DNA from: an uncultured Spirochaetota bacterium
GTDB taxonomy: Bacteria; Spirochaetota; Spirochaetia; SZUA-6; Fen-1364
Reading direction: 5' to 3'
Length of the DNA stretch: 64,000 nucleotides
NCBI GenBank assembly: GCA_963845535.1
Contig: CAWJSK010000012.1
Span: 64,001 to 128,000 of the forward strand
In this document: positions 50,337 to 59,794 of the stretch, in pieces
How the letters are laid out: each line of letters starts with the position of its first letter
How positions within the stretch are numbered: the first letter of the stretch is position 1
Position numbers and translations under genes: made by a program
Notes under the pieces: generated by a model
Told to the model about the DNA's origin: nothing
Databases searched by the model: none
The model's input: only the letters and a program-made list of their open reading frames with translations

Positions 50337-51961
50337 GTGACAGCTCCTTTCGCCTCTTGATCGCAGACGATGAGCACTGGGTGCGTGAGAACCTCATGCA
50401 CGTCCTGGACTGGCGGGACCTCATGATCGAGACCCTGGAGCCGGCCGTGGACGGAGAGGATGCTCTCCGCAAGGTTGAGTCCGGTCGGCCCGACATCCTC
50501 ATCACCGACATCAACATGCCCTTCGTTTCCGGCAACGACGTGATCCGCAGCGTGAAGGAGCGCTACCCGCGGACCGCGGTCATCGTGCTCAGCGGCTACA
50601 GCGACTTTGCCTTTGTCCGGGAGGCGCTGATGTGCGGCGCGGTGGACTACCTGCTCAAGCCGGTCTCCAAGAGCGCCCTGCTGGGGGCGCTGGAGAAAGC
50701 CATCGCCGCCCTGGGCAACCTCAGGGCACGGGAAGCCGCGGAGGTGGAGCTCAGCGAGAAGCTGCTCAGCGCTTCCTCGTTCCTGCGTGATCGCGAGTTG
50801 AGCGCGCTCATCGCGGAGGAGGAGACCTCGCCGTCCTCCGAAGCCCTGATCTCCGAGCTCGAGCTGAGCCACGCGGCGTTCCGCCTCGTGCTGATCAAGC
50901 TCACACGGTTCCCCTCGTCGCCCCGAAAACCAATCGCGGATGATCCGAGGCGCGCGCACGAGATCAAGAACCTCATCGCTCGGATGGCGCCCGGTTCCCT
51001 GGTGTTCCACAACGTCTACGCGCGAAACGAGTTCGTCGTCATTTCCAACCTGCGCGAGGACGGTCTTGCGCGACTGTGCCGGGAGCTCCCAAGCCTGCTG
51101 CAGCGGCACACGGGCTGCCGCTCAACCGTCGCCGTCAGTGGCTCCTCCTTCTCCTTCACGCGGCTGCGCTCCGCCTACTGGGAAGCGCGCTCCGCGATCC
51201 TGGCGTGCCCTCTCCAGGGGGACTCCGCCGCGATCCGGGTGGAAGACGCCCGAAAGCGCTCCATGCGGCGACGGACGACCGCAGAGCAGGAAAACAGGCT
51301 GGTCTACGCCCTCCAGTCGAACAACCGGACCCTGGCGCGGGAGGTGATCTTCGACCAGGTCGGCCTCGGGTCGTGCAGCAAGGACCACTGGCCGCTGGCC
51401 GAGGTGAAGGAAACCGTCGAGTACCTGGCCGCCGTGATCTTTCACAATGCCGCCGCCGGTGCCGCCTCTGGAGTATCAACGGAGAACTTCACGTACCTCC
51501 TGGACGAGGCGCTCGAGTCCCAGGACGCCGGCGAGATGTGCAGCCTTGTGGAGCAGGCGCTGGAGGAAGCGCTGCCGGACGCCGGGGACTCAGGGACCAG
51601 CGAATCCATGCAGGCGGTGGTCCGCCGGGTGCAGGCGTACATCGAAGAGAAGTACTTCCGGGATCTCTCCCTCACTTCCCTGGCCGGGCTGTTCCGGGTC
51701 GAACGCTCGTATCTCTCCAGGGCCTTCAAGCAGGTCACGGGACTGAACCTGATGTTGGCCATAGCCAGGAAGCGCATCGAGAAGGCCCAGGAGTACATTC
51801 GAACGGGGGATCCATCCTCCCGGCGGGACCTGAGCCTCGCGGACATCTCGTCACTCGTCGGGTACGAGGAGTACGCATACTTCAACCGCGTCTTTCGCAA
51901 GATCACCGGCGTCAGCCCCCGGGAATACAAGTCCACCGTAGAGACAGGTAAGCCACGATGA
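50333..51961 (+). CDS. YesN-type response regulator (REC-AraC)
   Basis: IADDE, TDINMP, YLLKP, YFNRVFRKITGVSP. Confidence 0.92.
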   Translation: MSDSSFRLLIADDEHWVRENLMHVLDWRDLMIETLEPAVDGEDALRKVESGRPDILITDINMPFVSGNDVIRSVKERYPRTAVIVLSGYSDFAFVREALMCGAVDYLLKPVSKSALLGALEKAIAALGNLRAREAAEVELSEKLLSASSFLRDRELSALIAEEETSPSSEALISELELSHAAFRLVLIKLTRFPSSPRKPIADDPRRAHEIKNLIARMAPGSLVFHNVYARNEFVVISNLREDGLARLCRELPSLLQRHTGCRSTVAVSGSSFSFTRLRSAYWEARSAILACPLQGDSAAIRVEDARKRSMRRRTTAEQENRLVYALQSNNRTLAREVIFDQVGLGSCSKDHWPLAEVKETVEYLAAVIFHNAAAGAASGVSTENFTYLLDEALESQDAGEMCSLVEQALEEALPDAGDSGTSESMQAVVRRVQAYIEEKYFRDLSLTSLAGLFRVERSYLSRAFKQVTGLNLMLAIARKRIEKAQEYIRTGDPSSRRDLSLADISSLVGYEEYAYFNRVFRKITGVSPREYKSTVETGKPR

Positions 51962-53226
51962 AGCGAGCCTTCCTCCCCGCGGCCCTCGCGCTGAGCTGTC
52001 TCTTCGTGGTTGCCTGCGCTCCCCGCAACCCCGGGCCCGCTCCGGGCGACACCCCAATCCGCAAGGTCCTGCTGACTGTGCTGGCCGGGCAGTCCACCTC
52101 CGACGCCGGCATAGAAGAGATGATCAACGACCTGTTGAGGAGCCGCGACCCCGACGTGGAGCTGGAGTGGGAGCGCATGGACTGGGGGGAGCGATTCGAG
52201 GCCCAGATGCAGGCCAAGCTGGCCTCGGGCGAGGTCCCCGACATCATGGTCGGCAAGGCTCAGGACGTGGCGACGTATGTCCCTACGGGGAACATCGCTC
52301 CCGCGCCGGCTCCCCTCGTGCAGCACATCAGCCCCGTGGCCCTGCCCGCGGTCACCGTGAAGGGCCGCGTCTACGGCCTTCCGTATAACGCGTTCTACCA
52401 GGGAGTGTTCTACAACAAGGACCTCTTCGACCGCTATCACCTCCAGCTCCCGACCACGACACCCCAGCTTGCTTCTCTGGTGCGCACGTTCACTGCCACG
52501 CACATTACGCCGTTTGCCGCGCACTTCGAGGAGGACTGGTACGTCGGCAATATCGTAATGCAATTTGCCGTAGGCGATGTGTTCAGCCGCGAGCCGGACT
52601 GGGGAGACCGATTCCGCGCGTTCAAGGCTTCCTTCTCCGACTCCGCCGCCTTCCGCCGGGTGTTCACGACCGTACGGCAGGTCCGCGAGCACTCCTGGCC
52701 GGACGCCCTCTCCATCGGCCAGGCTGAGTGCGATGAGCGCTTCGCCAAGGGGGAGGCGGCGATGTATGTCAGCGGGTCCTGGACGCTGCAGACCATCAAC
52801 GCGGTGAATCCCCGGATGCACGTGGGCATCTTCCCCTTCCCGAACCAGGCGGGGGACGCCAAGCTGCTGTTCGAGCCGAACATGACGTTCATGAAGAGCT
52901 CCAAGAGCGAGCACGCGGACGCGGTGGACAAGGTGCTGCAGGCCGTCTTTGAGAGCAAGGACCTGGCATCCCAGATCTTCGACTACACCAAGACGTCCTC
53001 CCTGCTGAAAAACATCAGTCCCGAGGTCCCGCTGCTCATCCAGCCCGACATCGACCGTTACCTCCGCGCGGGACGCGTGACCGACGTGACCGGGGGCAAT
53101 ACTCAGCTCATCTGGTCGTTTCAGGAAAAGGTCGCCTCCCTGCTGCAGGACTGGCTGAGGGACAAAGCGAGCCTGCAGTCCGTCCTCGATTACGCGGATC
53201 AGAATCGAACCCTGAGCGCCCCGTAG
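51958..53226 (+). CDS. family-1 sugar-binding lipoprotein, probable sensory SBP
   Basis: Lipobox VVAC; translationally coupled to the regulator; paralog of the 53357 gene. Confidence 0.85.
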   Translation: MKRAFLPAALALSCLFVVACAPRNPGPAPGDTPIRKVLLTVLAGQSTSDAGIEEMINDLLRSRDPDVELEWERMDWGERFEAQMQAKLASGEVPDIMVGKAQDVATYVPTGNIAPAPAPLVQHISPVALPAVTVKGRVYGLPYNAFYQGVFYNKDLFDRYHLQLPTTTPQLASLVRTFTATHITPFAAHFEEDWYVGNIVMQFAVGDVFSREPDWGDRFRAFKASFSDSAAFRRVFTTVRQVREHSWPDALSIGQAECDERFAKGEAAMYVSGSWTLQTINAVNPRMHVGIFPFPNQAGDAKLLFEPNMTFMKSSKSEHADAVDKVLQAVFESKDLASQIFDYTKTSSLLKNISPEVPLLIQPDIDRYLRAGRVTDVTGGNTQLIWSFQEKVASLLQDWLRDKASLQSVLDYADQNRTLSAP

Positions 53227-53356
53227 GCGCGCTTTTTCCGTTTCTTTCCTCGTTTTTCAAATCCGTCCAACTCTTTTTTCCAGTTTTGTCCTACCAGCCA
53301 TTTCGTGAACCGCGGTAGGGTGGACCCGAGAGTCTATTCGCAAGGAGGTCATTCCG

Positions 53357-54625
53357 ATGAAGAACGCGCGTGTCCTTGGGGTTACGCTCGCCATCGCGTT
53401 GCTGGCGGCGCCGGCTTTCCTTTTCGCAGGGGGCCAGAAGGAGAACGCAGGCGGGCCTATCACGCTGAAGGTCCTCTGGGGCCAGTCCACGACGGATGCC
53501 GGCAGCGAGAAGCTGATCGACGCCGCCCTGGCCGCCAAGTACCCGAACATCAAGGTGGACTGGGACATCGGGGACTGGGGCAAGACGTTCCAGCCCAAGA
53601 TGCAGCAGTACATGCAGAGCGGCCTGCCCGACGTCATGATCGGCAAGGGACAGGACGTGCCCACCTGGGGCTCGCAGTCGGTCCTGGCCGACCTCAGCGG
53701 CAAGCCCTACCTGTCCAACGTGCTGCCCGCCGCGGTGCAGGCCGGGAGCATGAAGGGGAAAGTGTACGGCGTGGTGTTCAACGCGCTGTACCAGGGCGTG
53801 TACTACAACCGCAAGCTGTTCAAGGATAACGGGATCTCCATCCCGACCACGCAGGCGCAACTGGCGCAGGTGATTGCCAAGCTCAAGTCCCTGGGGATCA
53901 CCCCCTTTGCCTCCCACTACGTGGACACCTGGAGCATCGGCAACCAGACCATGCAGTTCGCCATCAACGGCGTCTTCGCCACGACGCCGGATTGGGGGGA
54001 TCAGTTCCGCGCGAGCAAGGTCAACTTCGCGGATTCCGCCGCGTGGAAAGCGGTATTCGGCTACAACAAGCTCATCTACGACAACACGTGGACCCAGGAG
54101 ACCTTCTCCCTCGAGGAGACACAGTGTGATGCTCGCCTGGTGCAGGGCAAGGCCGCGATGGACGTGTCCGGCTCGTGGTCCATCCAGAACTTCCTGGCGG
54201 TGGACCCGAACGCCGACTTCGGCGTTTTCCCCTTCCCCAACGAGGCCGGCAACTCCAAGCTCATCTTCGAACCGAACATCACAATCATGGTAAGCGCCAA
54301 GACCAGGAACATGGATGCGGTGGACAAGCTGATCAGCGTCATCACGGGTGACAAGGACCTGGCGCTGAAGATCTATAACCAGACCAAGACCGCCTCCATG
54401 CTGAAGGGCGTGACGCCGACGTTCACCAACCCGAGCCAGAGCGACATCGACGCCTACGCGTCCAAGGACATGATCGTGGACGCCGGAACTGGCAACAACC
54501 AGCTCGTGTGGGGCGGGTTCCAGGATGAGAACGCCAAGGACATCGCCTCCTGGCTGCAAGGGCAGGAAACACTCGACCAGGCTCTTGCGGCCGCGGATTC
54601 CCGGAGGGCAGCCAGCCGGCCGTAG
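53357..54625 (+). CDS. family-1 sugar ABC substrate-binding protein
   Basis: LFAGGQKE signal; YYNRKLF, GKAAM. Confidence 0.88.
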   Translation: MKNARVLGVTLAIALLAAPAFLFAGGQKENAGGPITLKVLWGQSTTDAGSEKLIDAALAAKYPNIKVDWDIGDWGKTFQPKMQQYMQSGLPDVMIGKGQDVPTWGSQSVLADLSGKPYLSNVLPAAVQAGSMKGKVYGVVFNALYQGVYYNRKLFKDNGISIPTTQAQLAQVIAKLKSLGITPFASHYVDTWSIGNQTMQFAINGVFATTPDWGDQFRASKVNFADSAAWKAVFGYNKLIYDNTWTQETFSLEETQCDARLVQGKAAMDVSGSWSIQNFLAVDPNADFGVFPFPNEAGNSKLIFEPNITIMVSAKTRNMDAVDKLISVITGDKDLALKIYNQTKTASMLKGVTPTFTNPSQSDIDAYASKDMIVDAGTGNNQLVWGGFQDENAKDIASWLQGQETLDQALAAADSRRAASRP

Positions 54626-54640
54626 CCGAGCTGGATCAAG

Positions 54641-54668
54641 CCCGGGGAAGGCGCTGGCCTTCCCCGGG
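54641..54668 (+). other. 12-bp hairpin after the binding-protein gene
   Basis: CCCGGGGAAGGC-GCTG-GCCTTCCCCGGG. Confidence 0.6.
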
Positions 54669-54695
54669 TCTTGTCAAGATGAGGCGTGAAGGAAG

Positions 54696-55577
54696 ATGAG
54701 CAACCCCTCGGTGGGCCGGAAGATTCGGATACAGTACGCAACTCTTGTGGCGCCGGGGATGCTGGTGTTCACGGTCGGCCTGATCGTCCCCATGCTCCTC
54801 GGGCTGCGATACTCGCTGACGAGCTGGAACGGGTTTACGCGGAACCTTCCGTGGGTCGGGCTGGGCAACTACGTGAAGATCCTGCATGATCCCTACGCGC
54901 TGGACGCCTGGTGGTTCACGCTCAAGTTCGCGTTCTGGAACACCGTCGTCCAGAACGTGCTGGCCCTGGCGTTCGCGGTGGTGCTCGACAGCGAGATCAA
55001 GGCACGCAAAGTCTATCGCACCATCCTTTTCGTTCCCTGCCTGGTCAGCCCGGTGATCGTGGGGTTCGTCTGGCTTCGCATGTTCTCCAACGTGCTGCCG
55101 GCCATCAACTCGGCTCTCGGGACGAACATCAACTTCCTGCTCCTGGGCAACGCCCGTTCCGTGCTGTCGGGTCTCCTCGTGGCCAATAACTGGCAGTGGA
55201 TTGGCTACTGGATGATCATATACCTCGCGGCCCTGCAGTCGATTCCCCGGGAGCTGTACGAGGCGGCCCACGTGGACGGCGCTTCCTGGACGCGGAGGTT
55301 CTTCGGCATCACGGTCCCGATGCTGGCGCCGGCCTTCACGATCTGCATCGTGGGCATAACCATCGGATCGCTCAAGGTCTACGAGCTCATCGTATCCTCC
55401 ACGGGGGGCGGGCCCGGCCGGGCCTCGACCTCCATCGTCTACCAGATCTACAACACGGCCATCAGCGGCAGGCAGTACGGCTATGGCTCGGCGCTATCCA
55501 TGACGCTGGTCGTCGTTTTGCTGATCGTGGCGGTCATACAAGTGTCCGTGCTGCGCAAGCGTGAGGTGCAGCTCTAA
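54696..55577 (+). CDS. carbohydrate ABC permease (MalF-like)
   Basis: LQSIPRELYEAAHVDGA. Confidence 0.9.
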   Translation: MSNPSVGRKIRIQYATLVAPGMLVFTVGLIVPMLLGLRYSLTSWNGFTRNLPWVGLGNYVKILHDPYALDAWWFTLKFAFWNTVVQNVLALAFAVVLDSEIKARKVYRTILFVPCLVSPVIVGFVWLRMFSNVLPAINSALGTNINFLLLGNARSVLSGLLVANNWQWIGYWMIIYLAALQSIPRELYEAAHVDGASWTRRFFGITVPMLAPAFTICIVGITIGSLKVYELIVSSTGGGPGRASTSIVYQIYNTAISGRQYGYGSALSMTLVVVLLIVAVIQVSVLRKREVQL

Positions 55578-56431
55578 TGCACGCCTTCCGTCGCGCCGGC
55601 GCCGTACAACGGACCGTCGGCCAGGTCTTCGCCCAGCTCGCCGTGGCCATCGTGGCGGCCGTGTTCCTCCTCCCGCTTCTGATCGTCGTGGGCTATTCGT
55701 TCAAGACGACCCGGGAGCTGTACCTCGGCAGCCCTCTTTCCCTCCCGCAGAGCCTCAACTGGGAGAACTACGCCAACGCCCTGTACCGCCTGAACATGGG
55801 CACGAGCTTCCTCAACACCCTGTTCTATACCGGGGTGTCCGTGCTGATCCTCGCGGTCTTTGCAGGGGCGGCTTCCTGGGCCATCGCGCGTAACCGCGGA
55901 CGTTTCTTCAAGTTCTCCTACATTTACTTCATTATCGGGATCCTCATCCCCTACCAGGCGCTGTTCCTTCCGATCTATATCATTGGCTACTCCTTGCACC
56001 TGACCAACACCGCGTACGGCGTTATCCTCATGTACGTGGCAACGGGCATGTCCTTCGGCGTGTTCCTCATGACGAGCTTCATGTCCACCGTGCCGGTGGA
56101 GCTGGAGGAAGCCGCCCGCGTGGACGGCAGCTCGTTGTACCGCACGTTCTTCAGCATCGTGATCCCGCTTTTGAGGCCGGCCATGGCCACGCTGATCATC
56201 ATGGAGTCCTTCCTGATCTGGAACGACTACCTCATGGCCAGTCTCTACGTGAGCACGGGCCGGCTGCGCACGCTCACCGTGGCCATCCAGTCCCTGTTCT
56301 CGCAGCAGACCAATGACTACACGTCGGCCATGTCTGCCATCGTGATCTCCGTGCTCCCCATTGCCACGTTGTTCGTCGCGCTGCAGCGATACTTCATCAA
56401 GGGCATGACCGTCGGCGCCCTGAAGGGGTGA
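55577..56431 (+). CDS. carbohydrate ABC permease (MalG-like)
   Basis: ELEEAARVDG, IWNDY, GALKG. Confidence 0.9.
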   Translation: MHAFRRAGAVQRTVGQVFAQLAVAIVAAVFLLPLLIVVGYSFKTTRELYLGSPLSLPQSLNWENYANALYRLNMGTSFLNTLFYTGVSVLILAVFAGAASWAIARNRGRFFKFSYIYFIIGILIPYQALFLPIYIIGYSLHLTNTAYGVILMYVATGMSFGVFLMTSFMSTVPVELEEAARVDGSSLYRTFFSIVIPLLRPAMATLIIMESFLIWNDYLMASLYVSTGRLRTLTVAIQSLFSQQTNDYTSAMSAIVISVLPIATLFVALQRYFIKGMTVGALKG

Positions 56432-56446
56432 TCCCGTCATGCGCGC

Positions 56447-58552
56447 ATGTCCAGGGGAGGAGCGGTGACTATCGAGTGCAACGAGAACGGGATTTTCCTG
56501 ACGGTCCAGGTGACCGACGAGGGCGATGTCCGCCTGCTCTCGCTGTCGGCGCATCCGCAGTCGCGTCCGCCTTCGCAGCCGCCCGCAGAGAGCAGCGCCC
56601 GCGCTTTTCGACTGGTTGAGGTGCACGAATCGGGCCAGAATCAGAACGATCACCACGGCAGCAAGCACACGGGCTCCAGCCCCGGCTCGCTCCTTCGGTA
56701 CGTGAGCTCCCGTGACACCCGCAACCGGTTCGGCAGGAAGTTGGAGATCACGCAGCAACACGACGGGCTGCTGGTAACCAGCCATCTGCAGCTCTTCGAC
56801 GGGATTCCCGTGGTCCGAAGCTGGACCGAGCTTGAGAACCAGGGGGAGCGGGAGCGGCCTATAGAGTACATCAGCTCCTTTGCGCTGACGGGGCTCTCCC
56901 GCGGCGCTCGCGGACCTCGGGACCGTGACGCCGTGGTGCGCATTCCGCACAGCACGTGGTACGGGGAAGCCCAGTGGCGCTCGTACACTCTCGCCGAGCT
57001 GGGCTACCTCGCGGTGAACCGATTCTCGATGAAGCGCATCTCCTGCACAAGCACGGGGACATGGCCGGCGTCCGAGCACCTGCCCATGGGCAGCTACGAG
57101 AACACCGACCTCGGACAGACGCTCACCTGGCAGATCGAGACCCACGCCTCCTGGCACTGGGAGCTCAGCGACATCGCCGGCGAGCTGTACATTCAGCTCT
57201 CGGGTCCCACCTACCAGGAGAACGCGTTCCTCCGCCGGCTGCGCACGGGCGAGCGCTTCCTGTCTGAGCCCTGCGCCGTCGTGGTGGTGCAGGGCGGATT
57301 CGAGCGCTCGATCCAGGAGCTGACTCGGTATCGACGCGCCATCCGCCGGCCCAACGATGACAACGAGCATCCCACCGTCATCTTCAACGACTACATGAAC
57401 TGCCTCTCCGGCGACCCGACCACGGAGAAGCTCCTCCCGCTCATTGACGCCGCCGCCCGGGCCGGCTGCCGTTACTTCTGCATTGATGCCGGCTGGTACG
57501 CGGACGGCGCCTGGTGGGACGGCGTCGGGGAGTGGCTGCCTTCGAAGGCCCGGTTTCCGGGCGGGATCCAGGAGCCGCTGGCTTACATCCGCAAAAAAGA
57601 GATGATCCCCGGCCTGTGGCTGGAGCTGGAGGTCATGGGGATCCGCTGTCCCCTGGTGGAGCGCGTTCCCAAGGACTGGTTCTTCCAGCGCAACGGCCGG
57701 CCGGTCATCGATGAGGGACGCTACCAGCTCGACTTTCGCCATCCCGGCGTGCGTGACCACGCGGACAGCGTGGTGCGCCGTCTCGTGGAGGAGTGGGGGG
57801 TCGGCTACATCAAGATGGACTACAACATCAACGCGGGACCCGGGACCGAACGGGACGCCGACAGCGCGGGCGACGGCTTGCTGCGGCACACGCGCGCCTA
57901 CCTCGACTGGCTGGACAGCGTGTTTGCCCGCTACCCCTCGCTGGTGGTGGAAAACTGCTCCAGCGGCGGCATGCGGATGACCTGGTCGCTGCTCTCTCGT
58001 CACAGCATCCAGTCCGTGACCGACCAGACCGACTACCGCCTGATGGCCGCAATCGCGGCCAACTGCCCCACTGCCCTGCCCCCTGAGCAGGCGGCCATCT
58101 GGTCATACCCGCTGCGCGACGGCACCGTGGAGGAGACCATCTTCAACATGGTGAGCGCGGTCCTGCTTCGCATCCACCAGAGCGGGCACCTGGCCGAGCT
58201 TTCCGAAGAACGCCGGCAGTTCGTCCACGAAGGAATCGCCTATCACAAGGGCATCTGCGAACGGTTGAACCGGGGCGTACCGTTCTGGCCGCTGGGGCTC
58301 GCAAGCATGGCCGACGAGCACATGAGCCTTGGAATCGACTGCGGCAGCACGCTCTACGTGGCAGTATGGCGGACGGAAGGCAAGGAGAAGGCGGTAGACC
58401 TTCCAATCCGGCAGGCGGCCGGCAAGCGGTCAAAGGCGCGCTGCGCCTTTCCAAGGGACAGGGCTCCCGCTTTCGATTGGAATGAAAGAGAAGCGATCCT
58501 GCACGTAGCGCTCGCCGACGGCAGTGCCCGTATCTTCGAAATCACAACGTGA
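56447..58552 (+). CDS. GH36 alpha-galactosidase-family glycosidase
   Basis: IDAGW, GLWLELE, YIKMDYN, ENCSSGGMR. Confidence 0.88.
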   Translation: MSRGGAVTIECNENGIFLTVQVTDEGDVRLLSLSAHPQSRPPSQPPAESSARAFRLVEVHESGQNQNDHHGSKHTGSSPGSLLRYVSSRDTRNRFGRKLEITQQHDGLLVTSHLQLFDGIPVVRSWTELENQGERERPIEYISSFALTGLSRGARGPRDRDAVVRIPHSTWYGEAQWRSYTLAELGYLAVNRFSMKRISCTSTGTWPASEHLPMGSYENTDLGQTLTWQIETHASWHWELSDIAGELYIQLSGPTYQENAFLRRLRTGERFLSEPCAVVVVQGGFERSIQELTRYRRAIRRPNDDNEHPTVIFNDYMNCLSGDPTTEKLLPLIDAAARAGCRYFCIDAGWYADGAWWDGVGEWLPSKARFPGGIQEPLAYIRKKEMIPGLWLELEVMGIRCPLVERVPKDWFFQRNGRPVIDEGRYQLDFRHPGVRDHADSVVRRLVEEWGVGYIKMDYNINAGPGTERDADSAGDGLLRHTRAYLDWLDSVFARYPSLVVENCSSGGMRMTWSLLSRHSIQSVTDQTDYRLMAAIAANCPTALPPEQAAIWSYPLRDGTVEETIFNMVSAVLLRIHQSGHLAELSEERRQFVHEGIAYHKGICERLNRGVPFWPLGLASMADEHMSLGIDCGSTLYVAVWRTEGKEKAVDLPIRQAAGKRSKARCAFPRDRAPAFDWNEREAILHVALADGSARIFEITT

Positions 58553-58571
58553 CCAACGCACAACCCGGCAA

Positions 58572-58600
58572 TTGACGAAGGCAAGCTTCACTGGTAGATT
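58572..58600 (+). promoter_or_regulatory. sigma70 promoter for riboswitch 1
   Basis: TTGACG-N17-TAGATT with TG extension; predicted start site at the aptamer 5' end. Confidence 0.65.
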
Positions 58601-58604
58601 TTTC

Positions 58605-58650
58605 AGGGCGATGGAGTTCACCCTAACTGCTGCAAGGCTGATAACTCCTA
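58605..58650 (+). ncRNA. fluoride (crcB) riboswitch 1
   Basis: AGGGCGATGGAGTTCACCCT-AACTGC...GCTGATAACTCCTA; pseudoknot GGAGTT/AACTCC. Confidence 0.88.
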
Positions 58651-58695
58651 ATCCAAGAACGCCGCTTCGTGCGCACCGTGCACGGAGGTTACTTC

Positions 58696-59037
58696 ATGCG
58701 TCGGAAAATCGTTATCAGCCCGCGCCAGGATGAGGTCAAAGAAGAGCAGATGCGGCCCAGCAGGTTCCTGGGATATGACAGGGATTCGCTGGGAATGTAC
58801 GCCCTGGGAAGGGAGATGTTCGAGGTCGCCGAATCCCAGTTTCGGCGGGCGGCATACCTTAACCCGTTCGAAGCCCGATTCAAGCAGCACCTCGCATGGT
58901 GCCTGTACAAACAGGAGAATTATCCGGAAGCAAAGAGGTGCATCATCGAGGCCCTCCGTCAGGATCCGCACGACAAGGACAGCAGCCATATCCTGTTGAA
59001 AATCGAAGAGAAAATGGCGTCCGGTCAGACCAGGTGA
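58696..59037 (+). CDS. small TPR protein
   Basis: GGAGGT RBS; AESQFRRAAYLNP, LAWCLYKQENYPEA...AL..DP. Confidence 0.75.
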   Translation: MRRKIVISPRQDEVKEEQMRPSRFLGYDRDSLGMYALGREMFEVAESQFRRAAYLNPFEARFKQHLAWCLYKQENYPEAKRCIIEALRQDPHDKDSSHILLKIEEKMASGQTR

Positions 59038-59648
59038 CCAGACTTCTTCTCGTACGTCACGGGCAGACGGATTGGAACGTGGAGGAGCGATTTCGAGGCC
59101 GGCTTGACGTTCCGCTGAACGAAACCGGAATCCGCCAGGCGCTGTACACCGGGTTGCGTATCGCCGCCCGGTGGAAGCCGGCAACCCTCTATTCGAGCCC
59201 GCTCTCTCGGGCCGTGAGCACGGCCGAGGCCATCGCGGAAGCGGCCTCTTTGAAGGTCGAAGTGCTCCCCGCGCTTATCGACATGGATTTCGGTCAATGG
59301 CAGGGCCTCTCGCCAGATGAGGTTCGCGTCCAGTGGCCGGATCTGCTTTCCGCCTGGCATTCGTCTCCCCATACGGTCCACATGCCGGGTGGAGAGTCAC
59401 TGGATGACGTACGGCAACGCTGCCTCACGGCGCTTGGGATCATCGCCTCGCGTCACCACGGGCAGACAGTGGTTGCCGTGGCGCATACCGACTTCAATCG
59501 AGTAATGCTCCTGGTTGTCCTTGGGCTGGGAAACGATCGACTCTGGCACCTGAGGCAGGACACGTGCGCGATCAACGAGATAGAGATGGAAAATAACGAC
59601 TTCACGCTCGTTACGTTGAACGATACGTCGCATCTTCCCGCCTCTTGA
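59034..59648 (+). CDS. histidine phosphatase / phosphoglycerate mutase family (GpmB/PhoE-like)
   Basis: VRHGQT, SSPLSRA, FGQWQG, GGES, VAH; GTGA overlap. Confidence 0.9.
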   Translation: MTRLLLVRHGQTDWNVEERFRGRLDVPLNETGIRQALYTGLRIAARWKPATLYSSPLSRAVSTAEAIAEAASLKVEVLPALIDMDFGQWQGLSPDEVRVQWPDLLSAWHSSPHTVHMPGGESLDDVRQRCLTALGIIASRHHGQTVVAVAHTDFNRVMLLVVLGLGNDRLWHLRQDTCAINEIEMENNDFTLVTLNDTSHLPAS

Positions 59649-59681
59649 TGGCTCGCCTGGCAAGCGTATATATTTGGAAAC

Positions 59682-59729
59682 GGAGATGGCATTCCTCCGC
59701 GAAACCGCCCCTACTGGCTGATGATGCCT
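59682..59729 (+). ncRNA. fluoride (crcB) riboswitch 2
   Basis: GGAGATGGCATTCCTCC-GCG-AAACCGCC...GGCTGATGATGCCT; pseudoknot GGCAT/ATGCC; TTGATG...TATATT promoter just upstream. Confidence 0.9.
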
Positions 59730-59794
59730 GAGCACAAAGCGAGCCGGTGGACGCCGCTCTTGCCCGCCGGCACCAGGGAGAATGGAGGGGTGAG

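Noticed and set aside
53230..53295. Pyrimidine-rich tract as YesN binding sites or a terminator
   Set aside because: No clear repeat unit or stem could be defined.
59747..59794. GTG start at 59747 for the MutS-like gene
   Set aside because: No RBS and it lies in the riboswitch platform; ATG 59795 is better supported.
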